Assembly (NCBI GenBank): GCA_951406725.2 | Contig: OX597817.1 | Span: 2,790,001-2,854,000 of the forward strand | Origin: Octopus vulgaris | Lineage: Eukaryota | Length of the DNA: 64,000 nucleotides | Direction of reading: 5' to 3' | Position numbers and translations under genes: made by a program | In this document: positions 27,555 to 39,098 of the stretch, piece after piece | Layout: every line of letters begins with the position of its first letter | Numbering within the stretch: position 1 is the stretch's first letter | Notes under the pieces: model-generated | Database searches by the model: none | The model's input: the letters and a program-made list of their open reading frames with translations, nothing else | What the model was told of the DNA's origin: nothing

Positions 27555-27889
27555 TCCTTGTTCGATGTCATTCGCTTCTTTTCGGCAACAATAGTAGTAA
27601 TAATAACAATAGCACCAAAAGAGCAGAGGGAGGAGCAATAATGGCACATCACAATACTAATAACACCGACATATATTATCCTATACCATCTCTATCAACA
27701 TTAAAGTCACAATCATAATTGCCGTCGATAACAGTTTGTATAAAGCTATACCATATCATCATCAACATAAACATGATGAGTGAGTGAAGAACATTCTTTA
27801 TACAAGTGATTTCTGCTAAATTTTCTTTAAGAATTACACTATCTTATAAACGAAAATTATGAGTAATTAACAAATATTGGTAATAATAT

Positions 27890-28056
27890 GCTTAGCATCA
27901 TTTCGCTCGTCTTTGTGTTCTGAGTTCAAATTTCCGCTGGGTTTGGCTTTCATTCTTCTAGGGTCGATAAAATAAGTACAAGTTGAACACTGGGTCGATC
28001 TAATCGACTTAGTTCCTTCTCGAAATTACTGGTCTTGTGCCAAAATTTAAAACCAA
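27890..28056 (+). mobile_element. SINE family B copy
   Basis: gtgttctgagttcaaatttccgc...gggtcgataaaataagtac...cttgtgccaaaatttaaaaccaat. Confidence 0.75.
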
Positions 28057-28193
28057 TATACAAGAAAAAGAAACGGGGTGGTCACGTTTAGAGTTCCGTT
28101 CAGACGATGTTGAATTAGTACATATTTATTTCTACCATGTGCGAAAGTTTTCATAGAATGAGAAAAACCCCGACCGTGAAACAGGATTCAAAA

Positions 28194-28310
28194 CAGTCCT
28201 GGGTAACTTGCGGGCCGCATGAGACATAGCACAATATCACGTGAGCTGCAGGATTCTTCAATACGCGTACCATTCAGAAAGTCCTGCGGGTCGCAGTTTG
28301 CCTACGAATA
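28194..28310. mobile_element. Short hAT-like MITE relic
   Basis: cagtcctgggtaacttgcgggccgc ... gcgggtcgcagtttgccta form imperfect inverted ends. A similar start (tagtcctgggcaaactacggcc) is at 35521. Confidence 0.4.
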
Positions 28311-28634
28311 CTCAAAAACTACTGATAAATAAATGCTTTCAAGAATATATACAAAGACAAAATCAAACAATATCATTCACAAGATCACTACAAAAATACA
28401 CCACATTAGCGAAGCAGCAATCATATCAATAACGGTAGCAAATTTTGGAGCAAGGCCAGAAATTTCGGAGGAGAGTTTAAGTTGATTACATCGACCACTT
28501 GGAATATAAAGACAGACGAATTGTCTCTGAGCCCAGCGTCCTAACGATTCAGCCAGCTCACTGCCTTAATAACAATATTAGTTATTTACATTATTTACAC
28601 TTGACGGATGTTTGTCTTCATCTTGTTTGTTGTT

Positions 28635-28679
28635 AAAACAACGTTTCGGCTGATGTACTCTTTAGCCTTTATCGGGTGC
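28635..28679 (-). ncRNA. Hammerhead-like motif (left arm)
   Basis: Minus strand: gcac-CCGAUAA-A-GGCUa-aagaguacau-CAGCC-GAAAC-GUU-guuuu. G8 is mutated; the GAAAC-GU stem III is intact. Confidence 0.55.
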
Positions 28680-28846
28680 CTTGGGGAAATTTCGAACCTG
28701 GGTTCTCATGCCTAAAGTATTTTTCGATGTTGTTATTATTATTATTATTATTATTCAGGTCACTGCTTGGAATCGAACTCGGAATCTTGGAGTTAGTAGC
28801 CCACACTCTTAACCCCAAGATTCCGAGCTCGTTTACAGGCAGTGAG

Positions 28847-28935
<89 letters not shown>

Positions 28936-28947
28936 TGCTGATGATGG

Positions 28948-28990
<43 letters not shown>

Positions 28991-29059
28991 AACAACAACA
29001 ACAGCAACAACATTGAAAAATACCTTAGGTATGAGAACCCAGGTTCGAAATTTCCCCAA

Positions 29060-29105
29060 GACACCCGATGAAGGCTGGAGGGTATATCAGACGAAATGTT
29101 GTGTT
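29060..29105 (+). ncRNA. Hammerhead-like motif (right arm)
   Basis: gacac-CCGAUGA-A-GGCUG-gaggguauau-CAGaC-GAAAu-GUU-guguu. Stem I gacac/guguu pairs. Confidence 0.6.
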
Positions 29106-30111
29106 AACAACAAACAAGTTGAGGACAAATATTATTGTAAATAATGTAAATAATGTACATAATTCCTCATCTCTTAAATATAGAACTGAACAATATTAAT
29201 ATGAGCAACAGAATAAAGCGGCGAACTGATAGCGGCATTTCATCTGTTTTCATGTTCTGAGTTCAAATTCCGACGATGACACCTTTACCTTTCATCCTTT
29301 CGGGGTCAATAAAATGACTACCAGATGAGCACTGGGAAGTCGATATAATTGACTCATTCCTTTTCCCGAACTTACTGGGAAATATTAATAACAAGAGCAA
29401 CGATAAAACCAGGAAGTACAGTTATTTATCTCCCTTCCTAATAATGTCCCATTCCTGCATAGAAACCATTTAGATAGAAACTTTCCTTACGTAAAACAAA
29501 CTGTGTAAACATGATATAGACTTCTAAAACTTCTGAAATACGATATTTACTGAATTAAAAACACCTTTTCGTATGAAACCAAATGATTTTATCATCACAA
29601 ACGTCGTGCACGAAAAGATAATTCAGGAAACATTTTCAGTACAGAACAATGCATTTATTAATTACACTCAGATCATATTAGGCATTCGGTACAGAGGTAT
29701 TACCTATGATTTCCGTAAACTAATAGATCACAACACTACACTAGAAATGGATGGTCTCAAAAAAAAATAAAAGTAGCTGCTTATCGTATACATACATTCA
29801 TATGCATATATGTTTGTCTGTATGTATGTATGTACCTATGTATGCATGTAAGTATGCACACACATGCATATATTTACATACATAATACATATACACACAC
29901 ATGCAAAGGCGCGTGGCCTCGTGCTTACGGTGTTGCTGTGCTAACAATTGCTAGATCTTGGGTTCGATTCCCTGACAACAGTTGCGTTGATGGAAGGAGT
30001 GAACTAATATATAGCACAACCATTTGATCACTATAAACAAATCATCAGAGCAGGTTGTGAGGCAAGAATTTGCAGAACCCGCATGTGTCGACTCGAAAGG
30101 AAAGTTCACCA

Positions 30112-30508
30112 GGAGTGGCTGTGTGGTAAGTAGCTTGCCAACCAACCATATGGTTCCGGGTTCAGTCCCACTGCGTGGCATCTTGGGTAAGTGTCTTCTG
30201 CTATAGCCCCGGGCCGACCAAAGCCTTGTGAGTGGATTTGGTAGACGGAAACTGAAAGAAGCCTGTCGTATATATGTATATATATATATATATATGTATG
30301 TGTATCTGTGTTTGACCCCCTAGCATTGCTTGACAACCGATGCTGGTGTGTTTACGTCCCCGTCACTTAGCGGTTCGGCAAAAGAGACCGATAGAATAAG
30401 TACTGGGCTTACAAAGAATAAGTCCCGGGGTCGAGTTGCTCGACTAAAGGCGGTGCTCCAGCATGGCCGCAGTCAAATGACTGAAACAAGTAAAAGAGTA
30501 AAAGAGTA
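30112..30508 (+). mobile_element. SINE family A, full length, low divergence
   Basis: ggagtggctgtgtggtaagtagc...gggttcagtcccactgcg...(TA)n...ggcggtgctccagcatggccgcagtcaaatgactgaaacaagtaaaagag; near-identical to 49474-49956. Confidence 0.92.
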
Positions 30509-31579
30509 TATATGCATACAACAGCACCTAGTTCACTAATTATGTCACGTGGTTACACCACCCCACCCAATACATCAACTTTATACTCTTCAAATGCCAA
30601 AATATTTCTAATCATTAAATTAGGTAACAGAATTGAATCACCCCTAAACATCCGAAACAGTCTACGCCAATACAAACTTAATACAAGTGTGTTACCAAAA
30701 CTAACTAAAGCAATTCTTCCTTAAGCATCACATTCCAATCCACAATAATTACCACAACAATTTAGTAAAAGAATTCTCCAATTTTACACAGATTCCTTAC
30801 CAATTATGAAGACCACACAATTTAATGAAGGAAGCAAAACTAGACTTCAAAAAAGACTTCAAAAAAGCACAGTAGTGCGAGTTCTCCAATAAAAGAGTTA
30901 AGGTCTTCAGAATTCAGCAAAACCCCTACTCAATAACAAATTCATTGACAATATAAGCATTTAATAAATTAATTTTTATGGACATATTAAAATTAAAAAA
31001 AGAAACATATTCCACTAGGTACCATAAAAAAACCCCACAACCTCATTTACTCATCAGAAGCAGTCGTTCTCATAAAAGCCAAGGACATCAAACGCCATAC
31101 ACCAACACCAACACTCCACATTTACACACACATATAGTCACACATACACATACATACGCATACACATATACACTCTCCCATGCACACATACACACACAAC
31201 CAAAATAAAAAGTATATTTAACTGAATAGCAAATAATTACAATAAGGCAATAACGCGAGCGAGGAAAAAAAATTAAAGCATAGAAAGCATAACAATTATC
31301 CAAATATTTGTGACTAAAATCAACAACAAAAGAAGCAGTAAAACTTTATAATGAGTAATTAGCGTCGTCAGCAAAACAATAATGGTCACACCACACCTCC
31401 ATTCCAAAATAACAACCTCAAATGATATTATTAAACAAATATATATTAACGACAGAAGCAGTATTAATATCGAGAAGTATTTGGTGGGGATGAATATTGC
31501 TTCAAATGATATTATCCCGCCACCACACTGCGACAACAAGCGAACGCCCTAGATACTTTTTTACTTGGAAATCGAAGCC

Positions 31580-31985
31580 AGGCATGATTATGGGGTTAAG
31601 AAGTTCGCTAGGCAACCATGTGGGTTGGGGTTCAGTCTCACTGTGCGGCATCTTGGGCAAGTGTCATCTACTAGAGCTTCGTACTGACCGATACTTTGCT
31701 TGTAAATTTGGTAAATGGAAACTCTATGGAAGCCCATCGTATATATGTGTGCGTGTGGGTATGTGTATATATGTGTGTGTTTTGTGTGTGTTTGACTCCA
31801 CCACCATTTGACAATCGGTCTTGATCTGCTTGCGTCCCGATAACTAAGCGGTTCGACAAAAGAAAAATGATAGAATAAGTACCAGACTTAAAATGAGTAT
31901 GGGTGACAGTTTCGTTTGACTAAAACTCTTCAAGATGGTGCCTCTGTTTGGCCACAGTACAATGACTGAGACAAGTAAAATAAGA
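31580..31985 (+). mobile_element. SINE family A, diverged full-length copy
   Basis: All modules recognisable with many substitutions. Confidence 0.8.
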
Positions 31986-32411
31986 AATATAAAGCTCTTA
32001 CTTAGAAGACAGAAACACAAAACGGAAAACAACTCGTTGTCCTAGACGATAGTGGTGGCCACTTCCACCTGAATCAGAAAAACCAATAGAGTGATCTAAA
32101 AGATAAGAAAATAGAAACGAAATGAAATCGCAAATATGATCCCAAACACTTACGGCTTGATAGAATCAGTGTATGCACCAAAAGCTACTCCTACTCGTAC
32201 CAGTGCTGTCTAATTCTTAGGACCTAAATACTGCTCAGAAACATAACAATTCTTAAACTCATCAAAAATCTATCTAAAATAACAATATGCATGTTCATCA
32301 CACTCACGATATCCTATCATTCTGCAAACACGGCTGAAAATTTCTCTTCTTAGTAGCAACACTAAAGAATATAATATAAAACCAATCATTACATTCAACG
32401 ACATGAAACTA

Positions 32412-32722
32412 AATGGTACTCCGTCGGTTACGACGACGAATATTCCTGTTAATCCGATCAACGAAACAGGCTGTTTGTGAAATTAACGTGCATGTGACTG
32501 AGCACTCCACTGACACGCGCACCCTTAATGTAGTTCTCAAAGAGACTCAGCGTGACACAGAATGTAAGAAGGTTGACCTCTTGAAATACAGGTACAAATC
32601 ATTTTTGTCAGCTGAGGGGACTGGAGGAAAGTGAAACAAAGTATCTTGCTCAAGGAGAAAACACACCGCGGGGAATCGATCTCTCAAACTTATCGATCTT
32701 GAGCTGAATAATCAAACCGCTA
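32412..32722 (-). mobile_element. Third tRNA-derived SINE-like family (C)
   Basis: Minus-strand head with gatcgattcccg (B-box-like) and ccttgagcaagatacttt. A related head lies at 54586-54698 (-), and a similar tRNA-like head at 29907-29975 (+). Confidence 0.6.
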
Positions 32723-32763
32723 TGATACCCTTTCACCCAACAAGTAAAAAATTAATACGTACA

Positions 32764-32873
<110 letters not shown>

Positions 32874-34118
32874 TACAAACACATGCACAAAAGACAAATC
32901 AGCATGCAGAACTCCATGTAACATTCTCAACAAATATGGTAAAGAAAGCAAACAGCTATCATGCATACTCAGAGTAATTACTGGTATTACATTCGGCCAA
33001 CAATAAAAGACAAATAATATTGTTTTATCTATCGTGGACTATGCTAGCCCTTACTAAAGCAATTTCTTCTCTGCAATAGACTACTACTGCAATCACAAGA
33101 GACTACGAGGAACACAAAACAGTTCCCTATACACCACAACAAACTGTACATACGTCGCTTGTGCTACGTAAAATGAAATAAGAGGTACAATTTTTCTTCT
33201 ACAGCACCTAACTTCAGATTCCACTGTCTCTATCATTGCATGAAAAATTCACTGTTATATACCAAGACATCCACAACAGCCCCTGGAGTACGTCTACAAG
33301 ATACCTTAAAATATCTTCTCTTTCATTAAACCCAAACAAACAAGAAACAGACATACACGCAGAGCAGCAACTGCAACATCAGTAACTCCAAAGGCCCCAT
33401 ACTCAGTGCTGGAGTGTATACCACAAGCAGTAGCTGAAGGGTATAGCATCCGTCTCGCTCTGACTGAGTTCATCTTGCTGATCTTAGCTGTAACAATACT
33501 CTTACGGCTGTACGTAATTAGACTGCTCAATGGAGAGACTGCAGCATGTCCAGGCTATCAGATTATGATCTTATGATTCAGTGCTACACATTCGAGTATG
33601 TAGTATGGTCCTCAGCTAGGCAGATCTGTGGGTGGCCAATGGTCATTCTGTATTATTTACCAGCTCAATGGCAACTGATCTAGGATTATTTAACAGCAAC
33701 GACAGCAGCAGCAGCAGCAGTAGTAGCAGCGGCAACAACAACATCATTCTCTCATCGCCTTCACAGTCATTTGTTGAAGTTTCTGCCCGTCACAACCAGC
33801 AGTAAAAATAGTGATACAACAAATGGTGGCATTAGCAATAGCAACAAACGTTATTTTAATAAGATCACTGCAATAATTACGGACCACAACAACAACAACA
33901 ACAACAACAACAACACCAACAACAGCAGCAGCAGCAACATCAGCAACAACAACAGCAGCAAACTCGTTACCATCACCAACAATGCATCAACACCACCAAC
34001 ACGATTTCTGCTGCCATCGGTGGTTTTACTACCCCAAGGAAACAAAAACGTATCAGTCAAGATCAACAATAACAGCAACTGTAGCAGCAGAAATACCATT
34101 CTAAAGCAATCATTCATT

Positions 34119-34161
<43 letters not shown>

Positions 34162-34709
34162 TCATCATCATCAAGGATAACAATTTAGTCACAGAAGCAA
34201 TAACAGTACAGACGACACAAAACGAAATTAACAGAAGCAAACAAAAAGAATCAATGCCAAAAATGCCACCAGCAGCGACGACAGTAGACATAATAACATT
34301 AGAAACAACAACAACAACAACAACGACGACGACGACGACGACATTAACAAGAACAACAACAACAACATTTGCAGGAATTGGACGAGACGATAAGAAGCAA
34401 CTTAACATCAGAGCTGACAACATTATCATCTCTATCCGAACATCGCTATTGTAATGGACAAAAAAACAACAACAAAACAAGCAAAAAACCATAAGAGACA
34501 CAACCATCACCACCTGCCTCCAGCCATCAGCCATTATCACTAAAGCTCTTCACCACAAACATTAACATCACCCAATCCATCCATTACCACCGCCATCTCC
34601 GCCTACACATAGCGTCGTTATCATTAACTCCTCTACTACCAACCATCACTCCATCTTAGCTGATACGTTATCACCACAGAATCCCTTACTACCACTACTA
34701 CTACTACTA

Positions 34710-34749
<40 letters not shown>

Positions 34750-34859
34750 AACTACTACCACTACTGTTGCTGCTGTTGCTGCAGCCACTACTACTACTAC
34801 TACTACTACTACTATTTCAACTGTGACCATCTCGTCATTGTTTTTCCTTATCAGACATA

Positions 34860-34982
34860 GGTGTGATTGTGGGGTAAGACACTTGCTTCCCAACCACATG
34901 ATTGTGGGTTCAGGCCCACTGCGTGGCACCTTGCGCAACTATGTTCTACTATAGCCAATCAAAGCCTAATGAGTGGATTTGG

Positions 34983-34984
<2 letters not shown>
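34860..34984 (+). mobile_element. SINE family A 5' half, truncated at (TA)n
   Basis: gtgtgattgtggggtaag...gggttcaggcccactgcgtggcacc...gagtggatttggta. Confidence 0.8.
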
Positions 34985-35016
<32 letters not shown>

Positions 35017-35020
<4 letters not shown>

Positions 35021-35261
35021 AGAACTCACAAAAAACAAAAGACGAAGGCAGGTAGTGTAGACAACAAACGGATGTATTAGTATAACGCTCAGGAATAGAA
35101 AAAGTCTTTAACGTTTCGAGCCGACGCTCGAAACAGAAAGAAACAAGGAGAGAAAATAAAGAATGTGTAGTGGCTAGGGCTCTTTCATAGCGAATGCCGG
35201 ACAGAAGGGTCACATGGGAGATCTAGGGAGAAGGGGAGATAATAAAGTAGTGGTATATATG

Positions 35262-35330
<69 letters not shown>

Positions 35331-35472
35331 GAAATTTATAGAAAAACAAAAGACAAAGACAGGTGTATGAACAACAAGCAAGTGTATTAGATTGACGCTC
35401 GGGAAAAATGAAAACGTATTTTTAGGTTTCAAGCCTACGCTCTTTAACAGAAAGGAATAAGAGAAAATAACC
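35017..35472 (-). mobile_element. Two tandem family H1 copies (35017-35250 and 35328-35472) separated by (TA)n
   Basis: Both carry aaaaacaaaagac-aag-cagg...gtattag...acgctc-ggaa and hammerhead-like motifs at 35106-35140 and 35419-35454. Confidence 0.8.
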
Positions 35473-35734
35473 AACAGTATTAAGTAATAACTCTAGCGGC
35501 AACAAACCAAGGAAACAACGTAGTCCTGGGCAAACTACGGCCTCGAAGGCTGCATGAATACCACCCCAACAAAAATTACCTTGAATTTTATTTTAATTTG
35601 TGCGGCCCACTTCTCGAAACAGGTTGCCCGTGCTTGACATGGGCAGTCGACATAGCTGCTAGAAATAACAGTCAAGTTTTCATCAAATCAGACCCTATTG
35701 ATTTATTATTGGACAATGTGCTCCTATTCTTATT

Positions 35735-36140
35735 CTTTTATTCTATTACTTGTTTCAGTTATTTGACTGCGACCATGCCAGAACACCACCTTGAAGGGTT
35801 TTATTCGAACAAATCGACACTAGGACTTATTTCTTAAGCCTAATACATATTTTATCGATCGCTGTTGTCGAATTGCTATTTTACGGGGATGTAAACACAC
35901 CAACAATGGTGATGGGTGAGGACAAAGACACACACATAGAAAGATACACACACACACATACGATTGGCTCCTTTCAGTTTCCTCGTACCAAATCCACTCA
36001 TAAGGCTTTGGTCCTTTAGTCGGCCCGAGTAGAAGGCTTTGGTCGGCTATAGTAGAGATACTTGCCCAAGGTGCCATCCACTGGAACTGAACCCAGAGCC
36101 ATGTAGTTGGGAAGCTAGCGTCTTACCACACAGCCACGCC
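35735..36140 (-). mobile_element. SINE family A, full length
   Basis: Reverse complement of the family A head (tcttaccacacagccacgcc) and tail (acttgtttcagttatttgactgcgaccatg). Contains a small internal duplication of aaggctttggtc. Confidence 0.85.
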
Positions 36141-36407
36141 TATGTCTGATAAGCAAAACAATGACGAGATAGTTACTGTTGATCGTTGGTCAATAATTAG
36201 CGCTAACGGCAACGTCAACAGCCAAAACATTAACGACATAAGCAATAACAGCAACAACAACATCACCAAGAACATCAAGAATATCAACATTATTGATAAC
36301 AACCCCATTAGCAACACTATTATCTGTAACAACAACAACAACAACAACAACAGAAACTGCAACAACAAACTTCATTCAGATGAGTAAACAAGTCTGAATC
36401 TAAGCGT

Positions 36408-36442
<35 letters not shown>

Positions 36443-36504
36443 CTGCAGCAGCGGTAAAATAGGCCATGAACCTCGTTAAAGACAACAACAGCGGCAGTAA
36501 CACC

Positions 36505-36532
36505 ACCATCACCAACACTATCATCATCGTCG

Positions 36533-36574
<42 letters not shown>

Positions 36575-36628
36575 CCAACACTATCATCATCGTCGTCATC
36601 ATCACCAACACTATCATCATCGTCGTCG

Positions 36629-36682
<54 letters not shown>

Positions 36683-36736
36683 CCAACACTATCATCATCG
36701 TCGTCATCATCACCAACACTATCATCATCATCGTCG

Positions 36737-36790
<54 letters not shown>

Positions 36791-36846
36791 CCAACACTAT
36801 CATCATCGTCGTCATCATCACCAACACTATCATCATCATCATCATC

Positions 36847-36889
<43 letters not shown>

Positions 36890-36915
36890 CCACCACCATT
36901 GTCATCATCATCATC
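36505..36915. repeat. Higher-order (ATC)n repeat punctuated by accaacact and gtcgtc
   Basis: accaacact recurs about 7 times, separated by alternating short and long ATC runs. Confidence 0.9.
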
Positions 36916-37452
36916 AATAGCAGTAGGAACAAATACTACTACCGCATCGATACCAGAAAGTCTCCCCCACCACAACACCCCTAAAGCCATGTTCCTCATT
37001 AGCAACGGGAAAACATCCTCTACCAATTAATTGTCATCACCACCACCACCACCAGTAGCACCTCTATCATCATCATCACCTTCCTCATCCTCCTCCTCAT
37101 CTTCACCATCACCAATACTTCTACCACCAGCACCACTAGCAGCACCGTAACTGCTGACAACAACAACAACAACACCTTAAACTATAACATCACAGACGAA
37201 CCAAGCAAGGAAGCCTCTGCAAGGTCGCTTGACTTAATAGAAATAACAGTCATATTTCCCTTAAATCATTAATTGCTGTCTTGATAATATTACACAATAC
37301 TCGAGTAAATCATGTAATAATGGATTAATGAAACCTGATAAAGAAAACGGATAGAATGGCCGTTGCTGGAAGGTTTTTAATCACGAGCCTACTTAATCAG
37401 AGCCGACTTTGGGCTCAATAACAGCAACAACAACGATATTATACCAACACCG

Positions 37453-37504
<52 letters not shown>

Positions 37505-37520
37505 TGTCGTCGTCGTCGTC

Positions 37521-37660
37521 GTTTAACGTCCATCTTCTATGCTAGCAGGAGTGGGACGGTTCCACAAGAGCCGACCAGGCCGAAGGATGCACCAGACTTC
37601 TGTGACTGTTTCGGCAGGATTTTTACAGCTGGATGCCCTTCCTAACACCAACCACTCAGC
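37521..37660. mobile_element. Interspersed repeat fragment leading into the 38-bp array
   Basis: gtttaacgtccatctt...tttttacagctggatgcccttcctaacaccaaccac is a motif I recognise from retroposon-derived repeats. It is preceded by (CAT)n/(CGT)n. Confidence 0.45.
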
Positions 37661-38176
37661 GAAGTGAGTAGTGCTGTTTACGAGGCCTAAGCACAGGCGA
37701 GGTGAGTAGTGCTTTTTATGAGGCCCAAGCACAGGCGAGGTGAGTAGTGCTTTTTACGAGGCCCAAGCACAGGCGAGGTGAGTAGTGCTTTTTACGAGGT
37801 CCAAGCACAGGCGAGGTGAGTAGTGCTTTTTATGAGGCCCAAGCACAGGCGAGGTGAGTAGTGCTTTTTACGAGGTCCAAGCACAGGCGAGGTGAGTAGT
37901 GCTTTTTATGTGGCCCAAGCACAGGCGAGGCGAGGTGAGTAGTGCTTTTTACGAGGCCCAAGCACAGGCGAGGTGAGTAGTGCTTTTTACGAGGTCCAAG
38001 CACAGGCGAGGTGAGTAGTGCTTATTACGAGGCCCAAGCACAGGCGAGGTGAGTAGTGCTTTTTATGTGGCCCAAGAACAGGCGAAGTGAGTAGTGCTGT
38101 TTACGAGGCCTAAGCACAGGCGAGGTGAGTGGTGCTTTTTATGAGGCACAAGCACAAGCTAAGTGAGTAGTGCTTC
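37658..38176. repeat. Minisatellite, ~13.5 x 38 bp
   Basis: Unit aggcgaggtgagtagtgctttttacgaggcccaagcac. Period 38 checked (37691 to 37729); one extra cgagg near 37930. Confidence 0.95.
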
Positions 38177-39063
38177 TTAAGAAGTCGAACCACAAGACAG
38201 GCTACAATTAAAAGCAAGATCAAAACAAGAGCTTCCCGCCGTAGTCTCAATATGCCTGAAATTGCAGCTAAAACTCTTTCAAATCACATTCTGTTGTCTC
38301 AAAGAGAGGACGGGCATATTAAGCGATGTAGTCACATACATATTTTAACTTTTATGTTTCCCTTGTTTCAATCATAGGAGTGTGCTCACACTGGGGCACA
38401 CATCTTACGGACTTTTAATGGAACAAATACACCGCAGTACTTATTTTTTAACGACATATTACTTAGTCTATTGGTCTCGTTTGCCGAACTGCCACGTTAC
38501 GAGGACGTAAGCAAACCAACAGCAGTTGCCAAGTGCTGGAGCCAAACATACACAAAGGCACGCACTGTATATACATATATGACGGCTTCAACGCATTTTC
38601 CACCGACCATATTCATTTACAAGGCATTGGTCGACCCGCAGCTATAGTGGAAGATATATGCCCAACGTATAGCGCAATGGAACTGAAGCCGAAACCATGT
38701 GGTTGCAAAACGATTTTCTTAAACCACAAATAAGTAGAAACGTCGATTTTTGTCTTGACAGGAATGCCTGTGTGGATACGCTTGATGAGGACAGACCAAG
38801 AGCTAAACCCTTTCTTTTTCTACTTTCTCTTTTTTCTTCCTGTTCGAAGAACGCCACGCATCCTCTTCCAAGTAAGTTTTTTCTTAATAATCCTGATGCG
38901 CACTCCATACGATCTTTTTACTCTTTCGTTTTTCTCTCTTTCTCTCTCTTATTCTTTTACCACCTCTTCTCCCACTATTCTTTCCTATTACTATTCTTCC
39001 ATATACATACATATATATGTATGTATATACATACATACATACATACATACATACATACATACA

Positions 39064-39097
<34 letters not shown>

Positions 39098-39098
<1 letters not shown>

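Larger units (their letters stand above)
28581..29188. mobile_element. Inverted-dimer element (family H3): tRNA-like head + (AAT)n + hammerhead tail in each arm, with 10-bp TSD
   Basis: Arms 28582-28814 (-) and 28812-29153 (+) are reverse complements apart from microsatellite length. Direct repeat aacaatatta at 28571-28580 and 29189-29198. Confidence 0.85.

Noticed and set aside
28754-28814. Functional tRNA gene
   Set aside because: Only a partial cloverleaf with no acceptor-stem 5' strand, and part of a repeat. The SINE heads elsewhere are likewise tRNA-derived rather than tRNA genes.
33771-34540. Overlapping 227- and 229-aa ORFs on both strands
   Set aside because: Built from AAC, AGC and GTC trinucleotide runs, with no recognisable domain or ATG start.
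37658-38176. CRISPR-like array (38-bp partly palindromic repeats)
   Set aside because: Units are contiguous with no unique spacers, no cas genes are present, and the context is eukaryotic. It is a minisatellite.
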